NCBI RefSeq assembly: GCF_041824135.1 | Contig: NZ_JBGZYM010000084.1 | Coordinates: 102,067-166,066 of the forward strand | Origin: Kaistella sp. | GTDB lineage: Bacteria; Bacteroidota; Bacteroidia; Flavobacteriales; Weeksellaceae | Length of the DNA stretch: 64,000 nt | Reading direction: 5' to 3' | Shown: in pieces, positions 8,575-18,338 of the stretch | Numbering within the stretch: the stretch's first letter is position 1 | Layout: every line of letters starts with the position of its first letter | Notes under the pieces: model-generated | What the model saw: the letters and a program-made list of their open reading frames with translations, nothing else | What the model was told of the DNA's origin: nothing | The model's database searches: none | Translations under genes and position numbers: made by a program

Positions 8575-11502
8575 ATGCAAGGAAAAGGACTTATTACGCT
8601 GGTTGCGGTTATTCTGGGACTTATTTGTCTTAACGAATTGTTACCAACATGGTATGCTGGTAAAGTTGAAAGACAAGCCACTGCTATTGCGGGAAACAAC
8701 CCCGAAAAATATAATCAAGAAATGGCTCGCCTGTCGAAAGACACTCTGAATCTAGGATTTACAAAATTGTATTATTCAAGAGCGAAAGAAAGAGAAATGA
8801 AGCTAGGTCTGGATTTGAAAGGAGGGATCAACGTACTTTTGGAAATCAACCAGAGAGATTTGGTCAATGATTTAACCCAATATTCTACCAACCCAATTCT
8901 TTTAGAAGCACTCGCGCGTACCGATAAAGCACAAAAAACTGCTGCCGGAACGTATATCGATAACTTCTTCAAGGAATTCGACGCCGTGAATAAAGAAAAA
9001 GGAACCAACCTTAAATTGGCTGATCCAGAACTTTTCGGTAATACCAACATTACAGAAATTAAATACAACACCTCTGATGACGAGGTTAGAAATATCATTC
9101 GTCGTAAAATTAATGCTTCAGAAGGTTCTGCCTATGAAGTGATCAGAACGCGTATCGACAAAATGGGAGTTACCCAGCCAAACGTTCAGCGTGTACCTGG
9201 AACCGGTCGTATTTCCGTGGAAATGCCGGGAAGTAAAGATATTGACCGAGTAAAGAAAATGCTGGCTACCTCTGCAAAACTGCAGTTTTGGGAAGTACAG
9301 ACGATTCAGGAAGTTCTTCCATACTTAGAGCAATTGTCAACGATTGTTCCTTTGAAAGCAGACTCGATCGGTGTGGCTAAAAATACTGATTTAATGAACA
9401 TGCTTCAATTGAATTCACTGAGATCAAGTGGAGTTGGAAACATTAAATTATCAGATACTGCTGCAATTAATAAAATTTTAAATTCAGAAGTTGCAAAAGA
9501 TCTTCGTCCGACGAATATTAAATATACCCAGTTCATGTGGGGTTATAAACCTGAATCGAACGATGTAAACAATTTAGTTCTTTACGCGATCCGTGGAAAC
9601 ATTAACCAAAAAGCACCTGTTGATGGTGCGGTAGAATCTGCCAGAGTTAATTATGACGAAATGGGTAGAGTAGTGGTTGACATGCAAATGGACTCTAAAG
9701 GTTCGAAAGAATGGAAAGCCATGACTGCTAAAAACGTGAACAAGTCAGTAGCGGTTTCTTTGGATAATGTGGTTTACACTGCACCAAATGTTGTGAATGA
9801 AATTCCTAATGGTAGAACCCAGATCTCTGGAAATTTCTCTCAGGAAGAAGCTCAGGATTTAGTAAATGTACTTGGAGCGGGTAAACTTCCTGCAAGTGCG
9901 AAAGTAGTACAGGCTGATGTTGTTGGACCTTCATTAGGACAACAATCGATTGACGCTGGTATGCTTTCCTTCCTAATTGCCTTCTTGGTAATTGTAGCGT
10001 ATATCATTTTCTACTACGGTGGAGCAGGAGTTTATGCGGTGATCGCGATGATCATTAACTTATTCTACATTTTCGGAATCATGGATTCTGTAGATGCGAC
10101 ATTAACATTGCCTGGTATTGCGGGTATCGTCCTCTCGATGGCGATGGCGGTGGATACCAACGTAATTATTTATGAACGGACCAAGGAAGAACTCTTCGCT
10201 GGTAAAAATATTCTCGAGGCTTATAAAGACGGTTTCAAACACGCACTTTCTGCAATTATCGATGGTCACTCAACTACGATTTTGACTGCAATTGTATTAT
10301 ATATTTTTGGTACAGGTCCAATTAAAGGATTTGCCGTTACGTTGATCATTGGTATCTTGATGACCTTCTTTACGTCGGTATTATTATCGAGAGTAATGAT
10401 TTTTGCAAGATTGAACAAAGGAAAAGGATTATCAGTTTGGACTCCTTTAACCAAGAATTTATTCAGAAATGTTTGGATCGACTTTATCGGAAAAAGAGAA
10501 TATGCCTACATGATTTCTGCTTTCCTTACGGTAGCGAGTTTAGTTTCCATCTACGTTAATGGTTTTAAATATGGTATTGACTTTACAGGTGGTCGTAACT
10601 ACGTTGTAAAATTTGACAAACCAATTGATGCTGATAAAACAGAGAAGGCTTTAGTAGCCATGTTTAAGACAGAAGACGGTAAATTATCTGCCGTAGAAGC
10701 CAAAACTTTCGGAACAGGGAATCAGTTGAAAATATCTACCGATTATTTAATTGATGATGAATCGCTACAAGCCGATCAAACCATAGAGCAAAAGCTTTTC
10801 GAAGGATTGAAAGAAAGTCTTCCAGCTGATATGACTTTGCAGCAATTTAAATCTGCAGATTCCGAACATGGCGGGATCGTATCTTCAACGAAGGTAGGAC
10901 CAACGGTTGCAGACGATATCCAAAGAGGTGGAATGTTTGCCGTAATTGCGGCACTTGCAGGGATCTTCCTTTACATCTTGGTGCGATTTACCAAATGGCA
11001 GTTCTCTTTAGGAGCAATTGTCGGTCTAGCACACGATGCTATTATTATTTTAGGAGTTTATTCCTTGTTGCATAAATACATGCCGTTTAATATGGAGATC
11101 AATCAGGATTTCATTGCTGCGATTCTAACCGTTCTCGGTTATTCCATCAATGATACGGTGATTGTATTTGACAGGATTCGGGAGTATTTAAGAGAGAAAA
11201 AATCGTTGACGTTAGCTGGATTATTTGATGATTCTATTTCAAGTACTTTGGGAAGAACGTTCAATACTTCATTCACCACGATTTTGGTAATTTTAGCCAT
11301 CTTCATCTTCGGTGGAGAAAACTTAAGAGGATTCATGTTCGCCTTACTATTAGGTATTGCGTTCGGTACGTACTCATCGATCTTTATCTCCTCCGCAATC
11401 GCTTACGATTTCTTGAAAGGTAAAGGCAAAGGCCCGGAAGAAAAGCTACATGGCAGAACTTCAGTCGATGTAGAAGTAGTTGACAACAGAACTAAAAAAT
11501 AA
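8575..11502 (+). CDS. secDF: Fused protein translocase subunit SecDF
   Basis: LGLDLKGG, GIDFTGG, TLPGIAG and GYSINDT motifs of SecD and SecF in one 975-aa ORF. Confidence 0.97.
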   Translation: MQGKGLITLVAVILGLICLNELLPTWYAGKVERQATAIAGNNPEKYNQEMARLSKDTLNLGFTKLYYSRAKEREMKLGLDLKGGINVLLEINQRDLVNDLTQYSTNPILLEALARTDKAQKTAAGTYIDNFFKEFDAVNKEKGTNLKLADPELFGNTNITEIKYNTSDDEVRNIIRRKINASEGSAYEVIRTRIDKMGVTQPNVQRVPGTGRISVEMPGSKDIDRVKKMLATSAKLQFWEVQTIQEVLPYLEQLSTIVPLKADSIGVAKNTDLMNMLQLNSLRSSGVGNIKLSDTAAINKILNSEVAKDLRPTNIKYTQFMWGYKPESNDVNNLVLYAIRGNINQKAPVDGAVESARVNYDEMGRVVVDMQMDSKGSKEWKAMTAKNVNKSVAVSLDNVVYTAPNVVNEIPNGRTQISGNFSQEEAQDLVNVLGAGKLPASAKVVQADVVGPSLGQQSIDAGMLSFLIAFLVIVAYIIFYYGGAGVYAVIAMIINLFYIFGIMDSVDATLTLPGIAGIVLSMAMAVDTNVIIYERTKEELFAGKNILEAYKDGFKHALSAIIDGHSTTILTAIVLYIFGTGPIKGFAVTLIIGILMTFFTSVLLSRVMIFARLNKGKGLSVWTPLTKNLFRNVWIDFIGKREYAYMISAFLTVASLVSIYVNGFKYGIDFTGGRNYVVKFDKPIDADKTEKALVAMFKTEDGKLSAVEAKTFGTGNQLKISTDYLIDDESLQADQTIEQKLFEGLKESLPADMTLQQFKSADSEHGGIVSSTKVGPTVADDIQRGGMFAVIAALAGIFLYILVRFTKWQFSLGAIVGLAHDAIIILGVYSLLHKYMPFNMEINQDFIAAILTVLGYSINDTVIVFDRIREYLREKKSLTLAGLFDDSISSTLGRTFNTSFTTILVILAIFIFGGENLRGFMFALLLGIAFGTYSSIFISSAIAYDFLKGKGKGPEEKLHGRTSVDVEVVDNRTKK

Positions 11503-11522
11503 GTATCCAATATTTATATATC

Positions 11523-11553
11523 AAATGTCCTTCGAAAGAGGGACATTTTTTTT
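11523..11553 (+). terminator. Intrinsic terminator after secDF
   Basis: aaatgtcc..gaaa..ggacattt stem followed by T-tract. Confidence 0.85.
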
Positions 11554-11579
11554 GTTTTGAACATCTATTATTACTTTTA

Positions 11580-11672
11580 TTTGGGCAGACATTTCCGCCT
11601 TCCACTCCCGCTTTTTTTGCTCCTCCGCCTCGGCGGATCCGCAAAAAAGAGCTCCGTTCAAGTCGGGCTGCA
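11580..11672. repeat. Structured intergenic repeat, copy A
   Basis: Shares tttgggcagacatttccgccttccRctcccgctttttt and aaaaagagctccgYtcaagtcgggctgca with 33693-33776. Confidence 0.85.
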
Positions 11673-11964
11673 AACCCAGATTCTATTCAACCAGTTCATA
11701 AATTTAAAGATCATACAATTCTACAAACATCTTTTCCCGATATAATTGAGAGAGTACGCAAAATTTATATAGTTCAAATAATTCTTTATCTCATAATATT
11801 TTCCCTTTGCTGAGTGAAATGCCTTTGCGTCCGTAATTTATACAGCATCATCATTTTAACCTTTGCGTCATTGCGTTTAAAATTCACTTTGTCCCTCAAT
11901 TAAATTTTCATCTTTAAGCTTTATTCTTAAAAAAAACCACAAAAAAACTATCTTTACACCCGCA

Positions 11965-13188
11965 ATGAAAAAAAAGCAAAAATCAGCAGCCATCGGTTTC
12001 ATCTTCATCACGCTGTTAATTGATATTACAGGGTGGGGAATTGTGATTCCAGTAGTCCCGAAATTGATACAGGAATTAATTGGCAGCAATGATCTAAGTG
12101 TTGCCGCGCAGTATGGTGGTTGGATCAGTTTCGCTTATGCCGGAACGCAATTTATTTTTGCTTCGGTGTTAGGTGGACTAAGTGATAAATTTGGTCGAAG
12201 ACCCATTATCCTTTTATCCTTATTAGGATTCTCGATGAATTTTTTCATACAGGCAATTGCACCAACAATCATGTGGCTTTTTGTCGGTAGAATTCTATCT
12301 GGAGTAAGCGGTGCGAGTATTACCACCGCAAGTGCCTATATTGCTGATATCTCCAATGATGAAGACCGTGCGAAAAACTTCGGAATGATCGGTGCTGCCT
12401 TTGGAGTAGGATTTATTATCGGTCCTGTGATCGGTGGTTTCTTAGGACAATACGGCGCAAGAGTTCCATTCTATGCCGCCTCTGCGTTGTGTTTGGTGAA
12501 CTTTCTTTACGGTTGGTTTATTCTGCCGGAAAGTCTCGATAAAGAACACCGAAGACCTTTCGATTGGCGACGGGCAAATCCCGTGGGCTCTTTATTACAG
12601 CTAAAGAAACATCCTGAAATTTTAGGCTTAATTTCCACCTTGGTTTTGGTTTACATTGCCGGACATGCCGTGCAAACCAACTGGACTTTCTTTACGATGT
12701 ACAAATTTGGTTGGAGTGAAAAAATAGTTGGACTTTCCTTAGGATTTGTTGGGATCATGGCGGCTTTGGTTCAAGGCTATTTAATCAGGTTTATTCAACC
12801 GAAATTAGGCAACGAAAGAACCATCGTTTATGGCTTGGCTCTTTATGCAGTCGGCTTAATCCTGTTCGCCTTTGCCAGTGAAAGCTGGATGATGTTCGCC
12901 TTTCTGGTTCCTTATGGCTTAGGTGGAATTGCCGGACCGGCTTTACAATCAGTGATCTCTTCCCAGGTTCCGAAAAATGAGCAGGGAGAACTGCAGGGCG
13001 CCTTAGCGAGTTTAATTAGTTTTACGGCGATTATCGGTCCACCATTAATGACGAATACTTTTTATTATTTCACCCATGATTCCGCTCCATTTAAGTTTCC
13101 AGGCGCACCCTTTTTCCTGGGATTTATATTGATGGCCATAAGTGTTATCATCGTGAATAGGATGTTCCCCAGAAAGAAAAAACTGTAA
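11965..13188 (+). CDS. TCR/Tet (TetA-like) MFS transporter
   Basis: Motif A GGLSDKFGRRP, GRILSG and GPVIGG; about 12 hydrophobic segments. Substrate not determinable. Confidence 0.9.
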   Translation: MKKKQKSAAIGFIFITLLIDITGWGIVIPVVPKLIQELIGSNDLSVAAQYGGWISFAYAGTQFIFASVLGGLSDKFGRRPIILLSLLGFSMNFFIQAIAPTIMWLFVGRILSGVSGASITTASAYIADISNDEDRAKNFGMIGAAFGVGFIIGPVIGGFLGQYGARVPFYAASALCLVNFLYGWFILPESLDKEHRRPFDWRRANPVGSLLQLKKHPEILGLISTLVLVYIAGHAVQTNWTFFTMYKFGWSEKIVGLSLGFVGIMAALVQGYLIRFIQPKLGNERTIVYGLALYAVGLILFAFASESWMMFAFLVPYGLGGIAGPALQSVISSQVPKNEQGELQGALASLISFTAIIGPPLMTNTFYYFTHDSAPFKFPGAPFFLGFILMAISVIIVNRMFPRKKKL

Positions 13189-13283
13189 CTACTAATCTAT
13201 CGTATTTAATTACACTTCAATTTTAGTAATAAATTAATTTTAAAAATGAAAAACGATAACATAATCTTTTGTAATTTTACGCC

Positions 13284-13607
13284 ATGGAATTAAGTATAGG
13301 TGAAATGATGATGGTTGCTTTGGCGATCGTAGTTTTGTTCGGACCCAATAAATTACCGCAGATTGCGCGTGATTTGGGGCAAGGCGTACGTAAAATGCGT
13401 GGTGCCATGGAAGACGTAAAAACTGAAATTCTAAAAGAGACCGATAATCCAGTTTCGGAAATCAAGCGAGAAATCGATAAAGTAAAGAAAGCAGCTATGG
13501 ATTTTAATCCAATGGGCGATCTTGAAAAAGAAGCTTTAGCCAAAAGAAGCGAACCCAAAATCGACTTGTCTGAAAGCGATACCCACGAAGGACCTGTAAG
13601 CCGTTAA
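13284..13607 (+). CDS. Twin-arginine translocase TatA/TatB family subunit
   Basis: N-terminal TM, VLFGPNKLPQIARDLG hinge and amphipathic helix. Confidence 0.88.
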   Translation: MELSIGEMMMVALAIVVLFGPNKLPQIARDLGQGVRKMRGAMEDVKTEILKETDNPVSEIKREIDKVKKAAMDFNPMGDLEKEALAKRSEPKIDLSESDTHEGPVSR

Positions 13608-13608
13608 G

Positions 13609-14199
13609 ATGCACGAACTTATTCAGGAAGACAGATCCTTGTTTCTTTTTCTCAATAATTTGGGGAGTTCTCCCTTTGACCAATTGTGGATCATGATATC
13701 GGCCACCTGGATCTGGGTGCCACTTTACGTTATTTTTCTCTATCTTTTATTCAAAAACTTTCAACTTCGAAACTTAATTTTCATCCTTATATTCATTGCT
13801 TTAGGCGTGACATTCTCCGATCAGTTGGCGGGCGTTTTTAAAACAGGCGTTTCTCGGTTACGACCTTGTCACGATCCCACTTTAACTGGATTAATGCGTG
13901 ATGTAAAATGTGGCGGACAGTTTGGATTCTATTCCAGTCACGCGGCAAACACTTTCTTTATCGCTACTTTCATGTCCTTACTTTTGTACAAGAAATTCCG
14001 ATTCTTACCCTATATTCTATTCGTTTGGGCAATCATTGTATCTTACAGCCGAATATATCTGGGTGTTCATTTTCCTTTAGATATTGTAATGGGTAGCTTG
14101 ATGGGCTTTTTTGCTGGTGGTTTCTTCGCTTCTTTAGCGCTAAAAGTCATTCGCAACCAGAACAACTCGACTCCAACTGCTACAACCAGCACTTCATAA
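13609..14199 (+). CDS. PAP2 family phosphatase
   Basis: K..SRLRP, FYSSHAAN and SRIYLGVHF motifs. Confidence 0.92.
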   Translation: MHELIQEDRSLFLFLNNLGSSPFDQLWIMISATWIWVPLYVIFLYLLFKNFQLRNLIFILIFIALGVTFSDQLAGVFKTGVSRLRPCHDPTLTGLMRDVKCGGQFGFYSSHAANTFFIATFMSLLLYKKFRFLPYILFVWAIIVSYSRIYLGVHFPLDIVMGSLMGFFAGGFFASLALKVIRNQNNSTPTATTSTS

Positions 14200-14224
14200 T
14201 AGATTTTTAATAATCTGTTCGCAG

Positions 14225-14645
14225 CATTCAATTCCCGTAGGAAATCTTAATCCTCTTACCTCCTTAACCACAACCTTAATGGTTTAACCTTAGCAGTCAA
14301 TAGCTAATAGTCAAATCATGACATTAGTGGAAACATTTGTACAATTGGTGTTTAAAATCATTTTTTTTTAAACCATTCAATTCCGAAGGAAATCTTAATT
14401 TTCTTAACTCCTTAACCAAAATCTTAATGGTTAAATTTCAGCAGTCAATAGTCAAATCGTGAAAATTTGTCAAACCATTTGTACAATTGGTGTGTAAAAC
14501 CATTTTCTATTTTTAAAGCGCTCAATTTCCGAAGGAAATCTTAATTCTCTTAGTTCCTTAACCAAAATCTTAATGGTTGGATTTTAGCAGTCAATAGTCA
14601 AATGGTGGTATTTGTCAAACCATCCGTGCAATTTTTGTTTAAAAA
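14225..14645. repeat. Three imperfect tandem copies of a ~147-bp non-coding unit
   Basis: Anchor ggaaatcttaat at 14240, 14388 and 14534; anchor agcagtcaatag at 14292, 14440 and 14586. Confidence 0.9.
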
Positions 14646-14727
14646 ATTTTACTTTATTTAAACTTTTCTACTCTTTTACATTCCATCAAAACTTACTTTG
14701 AAGATATAACTCCTCCTATCTTTTTTA

Positions 14728-14735
14728 TATCTTTG
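14728..14735 (+). promoter_or_regulatory. -7 promoter box immediately before polA
   Basis: tatctttg (TAnnTTTG) ends 5 nt before the ATG at 14741. Confidence 0.6.
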
Positions 14736-14740
14736 CTTCT

Positions 14741-17572
14741 ATGTCAGAAAACAACGATAAACGTCTTTTCCTCATCGATGCGTATGCGATGATCTTCCGG
14801 GGATATTATGCATTGATCAGAAGTCCGCGTATCACTAGTACTGGAATCGATACTTCCGCAATATTTGGTTTTACTAACTCATTAATTGAATTGATTCGCA
14901 GAGAAAGACCAACGCATTTAGCAGTCGTTTTTGATGTCGGACAAGCCAGTGTAAGAACTGCAGATTTTGCCGATTACAAAGCCAACCGAAGCGAAACTCC
15001 AGAAGCAATTAAACTGGCCATTCCTTATATCCACCGAATTTTAGAAGCCATGCACGTTCCCATCTTAGGTTTGGAAGGTTATGAAGCTGATGACTTGATC
15101 GGAACCCTCTCTGTAAAAGCAGAAAAAGAAGGATATGAAGTTTTTATGGTCACACCAGATAAAGATTTTGCCCAATTGGTAACGGATAGAGTTAAGATCT
15201 ATAAACCAGGTTTGAAGGGCGCTGAATTTGAAATTTTAGGTGTAGAAGAAGTCAAAGCGAAATACGAAATTGAAGATCCAAAACAGGTTATCGATTTTCT
15301 TGCTATGATGGGTGACGCTGTAGATAATATTCCCGGTTTGGAAGGAGTTGGAGAAAAAACTGCGAAGAAATTCCTGAAAGAATACGGCAGCATTGAAAAT
15401 CTTTTGGCTAACACTGCAGATTTAAAAGGTAAACTCAAAGAAAAAGTAGAAAATTCTGCTGAGCGTGGAATCCTTTCTAAAAAATTAGCGACCATCATTT
15501 GTGATGCTCCAATTGAGTTTCATCAGGAACAGTATGATTTAGATACGCCTGATTTCGAGAAAGTAAAAGAAGTTTTTGACGAAATTGAATTCCGACGTTT
15601 GTACGAAAATTTATATCGTGCGTTTGCTCCGTCAATTGAAAACGGAAATTCAAGCAGTAAACCGTCACTTTCAAATCCTCAACCTGCAAAAGGTGGAGAT
15701 CAATCGATGCAATTGGATCTTTTTGCCAACTTCGAAGAATTAGAACAAGCAACCACAATCAAAGAAACGGTTTTTGATAACGATCATTTGTATCAATACA
15801 TCGATTCTCCAAAAGCGCAGTATATTTTAGTTCAAAATTTAATGGCTCAAACCGCTGTTTCTTTTGACATTGAAACCACTACTGAAGATGAAATGAATGC
15901 TGAATTAATCGGAATGAGTTTTTCTTACAAAAATGGTTTGGCCTATTATATTCCTTTATCAGAAAATCGTGAGGAAGTTTTAGAAACACTTGAAATTTTC
16001 CGGCTATTTTTTGAGAAGCAAGAAGTTTTGAAAATCGGACACAATATCAAGTTCGACTACAAAGTTTTAAAACAATATGGAATTAATGTAGAAGGATTGC
16101 TCTTTGATACCATGATCGCGCATTATCTACTCAATCCAGACGGAAGACATGCGATGGAATATCTTTCCGAAATGTATTTGAACTACAAACCGATTGCGCT
16201 GGAATCCTTAGTTGGTAAGAAAGGAAAGAATCAAGAAAGTTTACGATCAGTCCCTTTAGCAGATCAAACAGAATATGCCAGTGAAGATGCAGATTTGGCT
16301 TTCCGATTGTATCAACTTTTCGCACCACAATTAAAATTAGAAAACCTCGAAGATTTGTTTTTTAAAGTCGAAATGCCTTTAATGAAAGTTCTTGCGAAGA
16401 TGGAACTCGAAGGAATTTCCCTCGATAAAAAATGGTTAGCGCAGGAAAGTTTGGATTTAGAAAACGATTTACGTCAACTGGAGAAAACGATATTTGAATT
16501 GTCAGGCGAGGAATTTAATATGAATTCTCCGAAACAGTTGGGCGAAGTTTTATTTGAAAAGATGCAACTCGATCCCAAAGCCAAAAAAACTAAATCCGGT
16601 CAATACGCTACTGGCGAAGATATTTTACAAAAGCTTGCTGCAAAACACGAAATTATTCAGCATATTTTAGAGTACAGAACCTATCAAAAATTAAAGTCAA
16701 CATACGTCGATGCTTTGCCGTTGCAAATTGATAATAACGATCATCGCGTACATACCAATTTCTCGCAAACAACCGCAGCGACAGGGCGATTGTCGAGTTT
16801 AAATCCAAATCTACAAAACATTCCGATCCGAACTTTAAGAGGTCAACAAATTCGTGGTGCATTTGTTGCCAATCCTGGAAATAAATTAATTGCAGCAGAT
16901 TATTCCCAAATTGAATTGCGTTTAATTGCAGCGATTTCAGAAGAGGAAAATATGATCAAAGCCTTTCAAAATGGAGAAGATATTCACGCTTCTACCGCCT
17001 CGAAATTATTTGATGTTCCTTTAGAAGAAGTGACTAAAACCCAACGCTCACAAGCGAAAACGGTAAACTTCGGAATCCTTTACGGACAAGGTGCTTTCGG
17101 ATTAGCCGAACAAACTGGTCTTTCCCGGAAAGAAGCCAAAGAGATGATTACTTCTTATTTTGAAACCTATCCAAAGTTGAAAAAATACATGGCAGATCAA
17201 GTCGTGAAAGCGCAGGAAATGGGCTATGTTGAAACGATATTACATCGTAAAAGACATTTAAAAGATATTAACTCTGCGAACTTTGTCGTAAAAGCACACG
17301 CCGAAAGAAACGCCGTAAACGCACCAATTCAGGGAAGTGCCGCCGATGTTATTAAATTAGCGATGATTAAAATTGATGAACAACTTTCTGAACAGAATTT
17401 AAAAACGAAAATGCTTTTGCAGGTTCATGATGAACTTGTTTTTGAAGCACCGGAAGAAGAATTAGAAACCGTAACCGCTTTAATTAAAAAAGAAATGGAA
17501 TCGGCTTACGAAACCACCGTTCCTTTAATAGTCGAAGTGGGAGTAGGAGATAATTGGTTGGAAGCACATTAA
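14741..17572 (+). CDS. polA: DNA polymerase I
   Basis: 5'-3' exonuclease (LIDAYA, EADD), 3'-5' exonuclease-like region, and polymerase motifs DYSQIELR, KTVNFGILYG and QVHDEL. Confidence 0.98.
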   Translation: MSENNDKRLFLIDAYAMIFRGYYALIRSPRITSTGIDTSAIFGFTNSLIELIRRERPTHLAVVFDVGQASVRTADFADYKANRSETPEAIKLAIPYIHRILEAMHVPILGLEGYEADDLIGTLSVKAEKEGYEVFMVTPDKDFAQLVTDRVKIYKPGLKGAEFEILGVEEVKAKYEIEDPKQVIDFLAMMGDAVDNIPGLEGVGEKTAKKFLKEYGSIENLLANTADLKGKLKEKVENSAERGILSKKLATIICDAPIEFHQEQYDLDTPDFEKVKEVFDEIEFRRLYENLYRAFAPSIENGNSSSKPSLSNPQPAKGGDQSMQLDLFANFEELEQATTIKETVFDNDHLYQYIDSPKAQYILVQNLMAQTAVSFDIETTTEDEMNAELIGMSFSYKNGLAYYIPLSENREEVLETLEIFRLFFEKQEVLKIGHNIKFDYKVLKQYGINVEGLLFDTMIAHYLLNPDGRHAMEYLSEMYLNYKPIALESLVGKKGKNQESLRSVPLADQTEYASEDADLAFRLYQLFAPQLKLENLEDLFFKVEMPLMKVLAKMELEGISLDKKWLAQESLDLENDLRQLEKTIFELSGEEFNMNSPKQLGEVLFEKMQLDPKAKKTKSGQYATGEDILQKLAAKHEIIQHILEYRTYQKLKSTYVDALPLQIDNNDHRVHTNFSQTTAATGRLSSLNPNLQNIPIRTLRGQQIRGAFVANPGNKLIAADYSQIELRLIAAISEEENMIKAFQNGEDIHASTASKLFDVPLEEVTKTQRSQAKTVNFGILYGQGAFGLAEQTGLSRKEAKEMITSYFETYPKLKKYMADQVVKAQEMGYVETILHRKRHLKDINSANFVVKAHAERNAVNAPIQGSAADVIKLAMIKIDEQLSEQNLKTKMLLQVHDELVFEAPEEELETVTALIKKEMESAYETTVPLIVEVGVGDNWLEAH

Positions 17573-17644
17573 TTTTACAAAGAAATGGTAGCTGACAAAA
17601 ACTCAATAAATAAAACAGTCGCTTTTGTAATTTAACGATTAAAT

Positions 17645-17717
17645 AAACTCCAGCGGAGTTTAATCCCTGTAGCAAAATATAGAATCATAATGCAGCGTTC
17701 CGTAGGAACGCTATCTA
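17645..17717. repeat. Left end of Y1-transposase element with two short palindromes
   Basis: aaactcc-agc-ggagttt (17645-17661) and agcgttcc-gta-ggaacgct (17694-17712). Confidence 0.8.
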
Positions 17718-17777
17718 AAAAACCAGAATTGTTGTATATCTTATTTATTAAATTCATATCGAAAAATTTATTTGAAA

Positions 17778-18242
17778 ATGGCAAATACGTATACACAAAT
17801 TTACATTCAACTGATTTTTGCCGTAAAATTTCGGGAAAGTAAAATTTCCGAAGAAATTAGAGAGGAGATAGAAAAATATATTTGCGGAATTTTCAGTCAT
17901 AAAAAACAAAGTGTTTTAGCCATTTATGCAAATCCGGATCATATTCATATTTTCTTTTGTTACAGAAATATTCAAATTTCAATTGCGGATTTAGTAAAAG
18001 TAGTTAAGGTTGAATCCACTAATTTTATCAATGAAAAAAAATATTTAGAAAGTCATTTTTCCTGGCAGGAAGGATATGGTGCTTTTTCTTATTCAAAAAG
18101 CCAGAAAGAAAATGTGATCAAATATGTTTTGAATCAAAAAGAACATCATCAAAAGCAAAGTTTTAAAAATGAATATATCGATTTTTTGAAAAAGTTTGAA
18201 ATAGAATTTAAAAATGAATATCTATTTGAATTTTTTGAATAA
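17778..18242 (+). mobile_element. tnpA: IS200/IS605-superfamily Y1 HUH transposase (RAYT-like), no tnpB
   Basis: MANTYTQIYIQLIFAVK start, DHIH HUH motif, FSWQEGYGAFS and IKYVLNQKEHH catalytic Tyr. Confidence 0.92.
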
Positions 18243-18246
18243 CAAA

Positions 18247-18321
18247 TAGATAGCGTTCCTCCGGAACGCACCTTTCTACCTGTTAATTATTAACTACAGA
18301 GATAAGATTCCTCTGGAATCT
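18247..18321. repeat. Right end of Y1-transposase element, inverted relative to the left end
   Basis: tagatagcgttcc-tcc-ggaacgc (18247-18269) and agattcc-tct-ggaatct (18305-18321). Confidence 0.8.
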
Positions 18322-18338
18322 CTTGCAACAATTATTTT

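Noticed and set aside
11557-11745. 62-aa ORF
   Set aside because: TTG start inside a terminator tail and spans the non-coding repeat element; no protein features.
11965-13188. Acquired tetracycline-resistance gene
   Set aside because: No tetR or mobile context; it sits among core genes, so only a family-level MFS call is supported.
17778-18338. IS605-type element with TnpB/omegaRNA
   Set aside because: No tnpB ORF; only ~95 nt separate tnpA from the next housekeeping-type gene.
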